Below, one piece after another: positions 50,739 to 57,185 of a DNA stretch of 57,185 nucleotides (within the stretch, counting starts at the first letter, position 1; every line of letters begins with the position of its first letter). Both the position numbers and the translations under genes were made by a program. The stretch comes from Dehalococcoidia bacterium (GTDB lineage Bacteria; Chloroflexota; Dehalococcoidia; Lucifugimonadales; UBA3495): contig JASLXV010000079.1 of the NCBI GenBank assembly GCA_030740155.1, positions 1-57,185 of the forward strand, read 5' to 3'. The notes beneath the pieces are model-generated. The model was not told the origin of the DNA, did no database searches, and saw nothing but the letters and a program-made list of their open reading frames with translations.

Positions 50739-51947
50739 TCAGGCGGACGAGTTACCGGAGACTCGCTCGATGCGAAGCTTGCGGAGGCGGCGGCCCAGTA
50801 TTGAAATGACCTCAATACGGAGGTGGTCGGTGACTATTACGTCGCCAACCTGGGGGATCTTGCCCAGGGCCTGGTAAACGTACCCGCCCAACGTATCCAC
50901 GTCCGTGCTGCCAAGCTGGGTGGCCAGCAGTTCTTCAACGTCGTCGGTGGTCACTCCGGCATCGACGAGCACCGCGCCGTCCGGCAAGTAGACCACCCGG
51001 GACTCCCGGGTGCGCGTATACTCGTCCTCGATCTCGCCGACGATCTCCTCCAGCACGTCTTCCATGGTGACCAGCCCCTCGGTGCCCCCATACTCATCCA
51101 CCACGATGGCCATTTGAACGCCCTTGTCCTGCAGTTCCTCCAGCAGATCGTCCAGGCGCTTGCTTTCAGGAATGATGAACGCCGGGCGGACGAGATCGCG
51201 AAGGCTGGTGCCCGGCTTCCCCCGAGCCAGGACCTCCAGCACCTCCAGGGAGTGGACGATTCCCAGGATGCGGTCGATGGTGTCCTCGTAGACCGGAAGG
51301 CGGCTATGCCCGCCCTGGGTCATCAGCTCGGCCACCTGGGCCAGAGTAGCGTCGGCCTCCACCGAGACCATGTCCAAACGGGGCATCATGATTTCCCGGG
51401 CGGTGGTAACGTCTAGGCGCAGGATGGACCGAAGCATCTCCCGGTCCCGTTGGTCCAGGCTGACCAGGTCGGCTTCCGTGATTACCGGTTCGTCCCTCTC
51501 CGGGAAAAGGTCGCCGGCGAAGTCCTCTCGGCCCCCGTTGCCGGGGCCGCCGTTGCCTCCTGCTCCGGCTCTGCCGTCCGCACCTCCGTTGATCGCCCGG
51601 GGCCGGGCGCGGCGCCAGGGAACGGCCAAGGCCGGCCGGCGAGACGCGAGATAGGCGGCTACCCGGTCGGCGACTATCACTGAAACGAGCAGGCCCAGGG
51701 CCATGAAAGAGGCGGGGAACCAACCGGTGGTTCCGGTACTACGCAGCAGCGCCAGGCCTGACAGGGCGGCGGCAATGACGGATCCGTAGGTGAGCCAGGA
51801 GAGGATGTGGCCGGCCAGTTGAGAAGGACGGCCGTTTCTTGGGGAGCCGTTGGTCGAGGTTCTTGAGTGGCGGGCCAGGCACAGGTAGGCGTACAGCAAA
51901 AGCGCCGCGACGAAAACTGGAGCCGATGGTAAATAGTCTATATCCAA
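50739..51947 (-). CDS. HlyC/CorC-family CBS-domain membrane protein
   Basis: REIMMPRLDM, HSRLPVYE, VVDEYGGTEGLVTMEDVLEEIVGEI, DTLGG. Confidence 0.9.
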   Translation of the reverse strand: MDIDYLPSAPVFVAALLLYAYLCLARHSRTSTNGSPRNGRPSQLAGHILSWLTYGSVIAAALSGLALLRSTGTTGWFPASFMALGLLVSVIVADRVAAYLASRRPALAVPWRRARPRAINGGADGRAGAGGNGGPGNGGREDFAGDLFPERDEPVITEADLVSLDQRDREMLRSILRLDVTTAREIMMPRLDMVSVEADATLAQVAELMTQGGHSRLPVYEDTIDRILGIVHSLEVLEVLARGKPGTSLRDLVRPAFIIPESKRLDDLLEELQDKGVQMAIVVDEYGGTEGLVTMEDVLEEIVGEIEDEYTRTRESRVVYLPDGAVLVDAGVTTDDVEELLATQLGSTDVDTLGGYVYQALGKIPQVGDVIVTDHLRIEVISILGRRLRKLRIERVSGNSSA

Positions 51948-52010
51948 TACTCCCCCTACCGGATGCCTGCGGCCCGGGAGGGAGGTCCCACGGGGTTTAC
52001 CCCTATTAAG

Positions 52011-53369
52011 TCAGTCGGGTCTATCATTCTTGACTTTTATTTTAGCAGGAACTCCGACCGCCAGTCTACCTGCCGGGACATCGCGGGTCACCACCGAGCC
52101 CGCGCCGGTAATAGCGCCCTCGCCTACCGTGACCGGCGCCACCAGCATCGTGTCGCAGCCGATGAAGGCGCCCGCCTCGACGACCGTTCGGTGTTTGTCT
52201 TTGCCGTCGTAGTTGCAGGTGACCATGCCTGCTCCCAGGTTCACCCCGGCGCCGATGGACGCGTCACCCACATAGCCAAAATGTCCCATGGCCGCCCCCG
52301 ACCCGACCCGGCTCTGCTTGACCTCGGCGAAGTTGCCCACGTGGACCCCGGACTCCAGGTACGCTCCGGGCCGCAGGTGGCTGAAGGGGCCGATGTCCAC
52401 ATCGTCTTCCATGGCCGCCTCTTCCAGCGCGGAGGAGGTCACCCGGCACCGGTTGCCGACCTTCGAGTCACGGATGGTGGAACCCGGCCCGATTTCGCAC
52501 CCTTCCCCGATGCTGGTCCGGCCCAACAGCATTGTGTTAGGCAGGATCACCGTATCCTGGCCGATGGCCACGTCGGGGTCGATGAACACGGAAGCCGGGT
52601 CGACCATTGTCACCCCGGCCAGCAGCCAGTGCTCCCGGATACGCTGGCGATGCACCGCCTCCACCTCGGCCAGCTGGAGACGGTCGTTGACACCTTGAAG
52701 CTCACTCGAGTCCGCCGCGGCCACCCCGTGGATTCTTGCGCCGTGCGCCGCACCGATGCCGGCCAGCGAGGTGAGGTACCGCTCGCCGTTGGGACTCGGC
52801 GCCACGCGTTCCAGGTTCTCCCACAACCAGGGGGCGGTGAAGCAGTAAACGCCGGCGTTGAACACCCCCGGCAGCTCGGAGGTTTCCGGGTCGTCCGGAG
52901 CCTCAACGATGCTGACCACCTTGCCGGATTCATCCTGATGGACCCGGCCTAGGTCGCCGACCGAGAGAGTGTCGCCCGTAAGCAGGGTCATATCGTCAGA
53001 GGCCGCAGTGTGGGACTCCACCAGGGCCTTGACGGTGTCCGCCCGGAGCAGAGGGCAGTCGGCCCCCAGCACCAGGAGGTGGTCCGCCTTCCCTTCAATC
53101 AGCCCGGCGGCGCGGCCCAACGCGTCACCGGTTCCCAACGCCGACGGCTGATCGATGTATTCCACGTCTGCTCCCAACAACTCCCGGACCGCGGCGGCGC
53201 TGCTGGGAGATACCACGACCACGAGCCGCCCGATTCCCAACTGGCGCATCAGTTCCACCGGGTAGCGAATCAACTCCTTCCCACAGACGCGATGCAGTAC
53301 CTTGGGAAGCCGGGACTTCATTCTTATGCCCATTCCAGCGGCTAGCACAACTCCGGCCCACCGGTCCAT
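52011..53369 (-). CDS. glmU: Bifunctional UDP-GlcNAc pyrophosphorylase / glucosamine-1-phosphate acetyltransferase
   Basis: LAAGMGIRMKSRLPKVLH, GVNDR, GPFSHLRP, CNYDGKDK, hexapeptide repeats. Confidence 0.95.
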   Translation of the reverse strand: MDRWAGVVLAAGMGIRMKSRLPKVLHRVCGKELIRYPVELMRQLGIGRLVVVVSPSSAAAVRELLGADVEYIDQPSALGTGDALGRAAGLIEGKADHLLVLGADCPLLRADTVKALVESHTAASDDMTLLTGDTLSVGDLGRVHQDESGKVVSIVEAPDDPETSELPGVFNAGVYCFTAPWLWENLERVAPSPNGERYLTSLAGIGAAHGARIHGVAAADSSELQGVNDRLQLAEVEAVHRQRIREHWLLAGVTMVDPASVFIDPDVAIGQDTVILPNTMLLGRTSIGEGCEIGPGSTIRDSKVGNRCRVTSSALEEAAMEDDVDIGPFSHLRPGAYLESGVHVGNFAEVKQSRVGSGAAMGHFGYVGDASIGAGVNLGAGMVTCNYDGKDKHRTVVEAGAFIGCDTMLVAPVTVGEGAITGAGSVVTRDVPAGRLAVGVPAKIKVKNDRPD

Positions 53370-53852
53370 CGCGGCACCTCTCGAAGAAACTCTCAAGGCG
53401 GGCATCACGCCGGTAAATCCACCCCAACGTGCTGTCCGGCCCATCGGACGGGTTCTCAGGGACAAGGGCGTACCTCGGGAACCCGGCGCCTAATTATACC
53501 AGCGAGTGCCGCGGTGTTGCCTGAGTTCATTCCTCCTTTCATCAGGCCGGCGGGTCCGGAAAGACCGGCGTCGGGAGCAGCGTGACATCCTCGGTCGCTT
53601 CCGCGGTGCGCTTCGATGGACAGGGCAAGGGCTATCTACGGATATCTCGGTCCGCCCGGCGGGGAAGACAGGGATCGTCGATGCTACGGGACCTCTCGGC
53701 ACCCTCCGGGGCGGAAGCCTGGCAAGACGGGAAAGACCTCGGGGGGTTAAAATCGAAACTGCGAACCAAAGCTCAAACATTGGTCCGCAGTTAGTGATCG
53801 GGTGGAACCGGATACCGGGCCTGAGAAACGCCGTTGCCGGCAGCGACGGCTG

Positions 53853-54913
53853 CTACTTGGCGGCCTTCGCCCTTCGGGCCGGCCTCTTTGCGTTGCCGGA
53901 ATTCTTGGGCTGGTCCTGTTTTGAGGGCATTTCAGAAGGCGCCGTCTCGACGATCGCGGCTTGAGCCAGGACCGCGGATTTTGCGCCGTTGGCCGGTTTC
54001 TTCGCATTGCCGGAGCTTCTTGGCTTCGCTTGCTTCGAGGGCGATCCGGAACGTGCCGTCTCGACGCGCGCGGCTTGGGCCGGGACCGCGGATTTTGCAC
54101 CGTTGGCTGGCTCGGGGGAAGCGGTGTTTCCGTTGGTGCTCGGCTTTGAGGACACAGGAGCCTCGGCCGGTTGCTCCTCAACCTGCATCAGGATGTCCTG
54201 TGACCATGCCTTGAGCCGGGCTGCGTCGGCGTATATTCTTTGGGCTTCGAGTTCCTCTCGAGTTGTGCGGGCTTGGGCGAGAATCCCTTGAGCCTCGACC
54301 GACGCCTGGCGTTTGAGGTCCAAGCATACCCGTTCCGACTCCAAACGTTCCCGTTCCGACTCCATGCGATCTCGATCCGACTCCATGCGGGCCTCATCCA
54401 GAACAGCGCGGGCCGCCCGATGGGAGTCTGCGAGAATTCGTTCTCGGTCGGCTTCCGCTTGGACTCTGTTGGATTCGGCCCGCTTCAACTCGGCCTCGGC
54501 TTCGGCGTACTTCGCTTCCGCTTCAGTTTCCAGGCGCATGGCGCTTTGTTGGGCGCTATTCCGGTTGGCTTCGGCCTCGGCTCTAAAGGTCTCGGCCTGC
54601 TTTAGCTCGGCCTGGGCTTCGGAGTGCCAAGTATCCGCCTCACTCTCCAAGTGCTTGGCATGTTGTAGGGCGTTGTTTCCGCTGATGATGAGCTTCTGGC
54701 ATTTTCCCGGGTAGCCTCCAGGATTTCCTCCGCTATCTTTTGACGTGCCGATTCTGCCTGGTCACGAGTGGCTTTGGCCAGCGTAAGCCGGCTTTCGGCA
54801 TTGGGATCATACTCTTCGCCGTGCTCCCAAGCGCCCGGCGCCTCCTGGAGCGTTTCCAGAGATAGAGAAACTGGCTCGGCTGGCATGGTGGTTTGGTTAT
54901 TGTTGGAGACCAT
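53853..54913 (-). pseudogene. Coiled-coil protein with a low-complexity repeat tail, split by a 1-nt frameshift at about 54702-54705
   Basis: MVSNNNQ..ILEATRE continues as KCQKLIISGNNALQHAKHLESEAD if one A is added to the minus-strand AAAA run. Ala/Glu/Arg-rich helical body. Confidence 0.65.
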
Positions 54914-55524
54914 CAGGTATTCCCCCTTTCCGCCATTATCAGAAGATTTTGGCCGGCGGGTCACTTACCGGCGCCACGCTCCGGTGCGCCGAGGAACCCC
55001 CGGGTGACGATGCCATGACTCTTGGCTGCGGATTCGCAGCGGTCCCCTTGGCTGGAACACATCCGAGGGCTTCGTCACGGCGGCGGCCCCGCCCTTTGAC
55101 CGCAACAGGTTTGCCGCTGGGTTTGCCCGTGCGGCGAGCGGCTATTCACTACAGGTGACGAAGTCCGTTTTCATCGAGCGCCGCTGTTGTCGAGCTTCAT
55201 TGATCACCTCAGGGATCACCTCAGGGAATCTTGATGAAGCCGTGGATGCCGGAACGCCTTAATGGGCGGTCGAAACGGTCCAGGCAGACCTCGCTACGCC
55301 GTGCTCGGCGCGGCTCCCCGGCGTTGGCCTTGCCAGAGGGCCAACGGTTAGCGTCTCCCAAATCGTATGGCAACCGGGCATTTCAGGCACAGGGTGCTGC
55401 CACCCATCCCTTTGGTAGATACCCCATGATTGACCGCAAAAGCGCCGGCGCGTTGACATCTCCCGCGTCCACCAGCACAATGAGCCTGCGCCTGACAGAC
55501 CCTGCGCCGAGGAGCCGGTTGGAT

Positions 55525-56940
55525 ATGGAAAAAGCACAAATTCCCTTCTTATCAGCCACTGAACTGGCCGCACTGATCAAGGCACGGGAGGTTTCACCGG
55601 TTGAAGTGGTGGAAGCCTACCTGGACCGAATTAACCAGGTGGATGGTCAGCTCAACTCCTACATCACCGTGTGCCGCGAAGAGGCGTTGGCCGACGCCCG
55701 CCGGCGGGAAACGGAGATATCCGCCGGCGGCTATCTGGGGCCGATGCACGGCTTGCCGGTGGCGGTGAAGGACCAATTCAACACCAAAGGAATTCGGACC
55801 ACCGGCGGTTCATCCATCCTCAAGGACTTCGTTCCCGATGAAGATGCCACGGTGATCGCAAACCTCCGCGGCGCGGGCGCGGTTATTCTGGGCAAGCTAA
55901 ACATGAGCGAGTACGCCATGGGAGACGCCTTCCACCACCCGTACGGCCAGCCCCACAACCCTTGGGACTTGACCCGTAACCCGGGCACATCCAGCAGCGG
56001 CTCCGGGGCCGCCACCGCGGCTTCATTGTGCGCCACGTCCCTCGGCGAGGATACCGGTGGCTCCATTCGCGGCCCGGCGGCCTTCTGCGGGCTGGCGGGG
56101 ATCCGCCCCAGCTGGGGCCGGGTCAGCCGCTACGGCGTACTGGGGGCTTCCTGGTCCATGGACACCGTTGGACCTATCTCCCGCACCGTGGCCGACTGCG
56201 CCATGACCCTCGGCGCCATCGCCGGGTATGACCCGAGAGACCCCTACACCTGGGACGCCCCGGTGCCCGACTACTTAGCCAAGCTCGATGGCGAAATCCG
56301 GGGGATCAAAGTGGGGGTGGTCCGGGAGCGGATGCAACCCGACGGCGTTGAATCCGAGGTGCTTCAAAGCGTGGAGAAGGCCATCGCGGCCCTGGGGGAA
56401 CTGGGCGCAATGGCCGAAGAGGTGTCCATACCCCTTATCGCAGCCTCGGCGGCAATTTCCGCCACCCTCATCATGGTGGACGCCGCGGTGGTGCACCGAA
56501 AAGGCATCGAAGAGTACCTGGACCAATACGACCACAACAATCAGATTCGCCTGTTGTGCGGGAGCATCCTGCCCGCCCAGGCCCATCAGAAGGCGACCCG
56601 GCTCCGAGAGGTGATGCGCCGGCAGATACTGGATGCCCTGGAGCGCGTTGACGTGCTGGTCATGCCCACTTCATCGATTCCGGCCTCTCCCATCCCCGCC
56701 CAATCCGGTATGGGCACCAAGCAAGAGGTGCTGCGCGGCTTCGCCGGAAGGCGCAGCTTCACCAACCCGTTCAACCTGGCCAACGTGCCGGCGCTGTCGG
56801 TCAACTGTGGCTTCACCTCCCAGGACCTGCCGGTGGGCCTCCAGGTGATCGGCAAGCCCTTCCAGGAAGAGCTGCTGTTTCGGGTAGCCCACGCCTACGA
56901 GCAAGCCACGGATTGGCACACCCGCCGGCCGCCGATCTAG
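55525..56940 (+). CDS. Amidase signature family enzyme (GatA-like)
   Basis: VAVKD, GTSSSGS, GEDTGGSIRGPA (Ser-cisSer-Lys triad), LPVGLQ. Confidence 0.92.
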   Translation: MEKAQIPFLSATELAALIKAREVSPVEVVEAYLDRINQVDGQLNSYITVCREEALADARRRETEISAGGYLGPMHGLPVAVKDQFNTKGIRTTGGSSILKDFVPDEDATVIANLRGAGAVILGKLNMSEYAMGDAFHHPYGQPHNPWDLTRNPGTSSSGSGAATAASLCATSLGEDTGGSIRGPAAFCGLAGIRPSWGRVSRYGVLGASWSMDTVGPISRTVADCAMTLGAIAGYDPRDPYTWDAPVPDYLAKLDGEIRGIKVGVVRERMQPDGVESEVLQSVEKAIAALGELGAMAEEVSIPLIAASAAISATLIMVDAAVVHRKGIEEYLDQYDHNNQIRLLCGSILPAQAHQKATRLREVMRRQILDALERVDVLVMPTSSIPASPIPAQSGMGTKQEVLRGFAGRRSFTNPFNLANVPALSVNCGFTSQDLPVGLQVIGKPFQEELLFRVAHAYEQATDWHTRRPPI

Positions 56941-57185
56941 AGCGGTCAGCGTTCAGCTGTCAGCCCCAGCCTGAAACCAAGCGTTGATTGACCATTGCCG
57001 GGCGGAACCAGGGGTCCGGTCGTCCCAGAAGTGGAGAGACTTGGCCTTCTGATGGAACTGCAGAGACCCGAGCCCCTGAGACCCCTCGCTTCACTCGGGG
57101 TGACATTGTGAGGTGGCACTTGGCTGCAATTCTGAAAAATGCAACACACCCCCAGCGTCATTGCGAGGGGCAAAGCCGCCCTGTC

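Noticed and set aside
54695..54715. Programmed -1 frameshift in the coiled-coil gene
   Set aside because: No X_XXY_YYZ heptamer in the required frame (ACC CGG GAA AAT); a simple indel is more likely.
55202..55225. 12-bp direct repeat gatcacctcagg x2
   Set aside because: Only two copies, consistent with a local slippage duplication; no further support.

Overview
GC-rich bacterial chromosome segment. Gene content (dnaG-rpoD, glmU, sortase, two Liv-type ABC systems, class III CoA transferases, an enolase-superfamily enzyme, an amidase) suggests Chloroflexota/Dehalococcoidia (SAR202-like); this is inference. The main hidden signal is selenocysteine recoding: five in-frame UGA codons split or hide four genes in the ORF track. 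(1) A MerR-regulated minus-strand cassette at 13664-15852 reads merR-family regulator, an unannotated 78-aa UxxC glutaredoxin, a MerA C-terminal remnant, and a 286-aa MerB-like lyase. Both catalytic cysteine positions of the lyase are UGA, and each is followed by its own GGUC-loop SECIS-like hairpin. (2) Two paralogous GrdB-like (UxxCxxC) plus GrdE-like reductase pairs share an identical SECIS hairpin and have no grdA/C/D partners in the window. Also present: a candidate 6S-like RNA, a structured leader before the first grdB-like gene, a catalytically divergent AroQ, a divergent PEPCK-like protein, tandem hemerythrin-like genes, several frameshifted genes and REP-like palindromes. All calls come from reading the sequence and from recalled family motifs; no searches were run.
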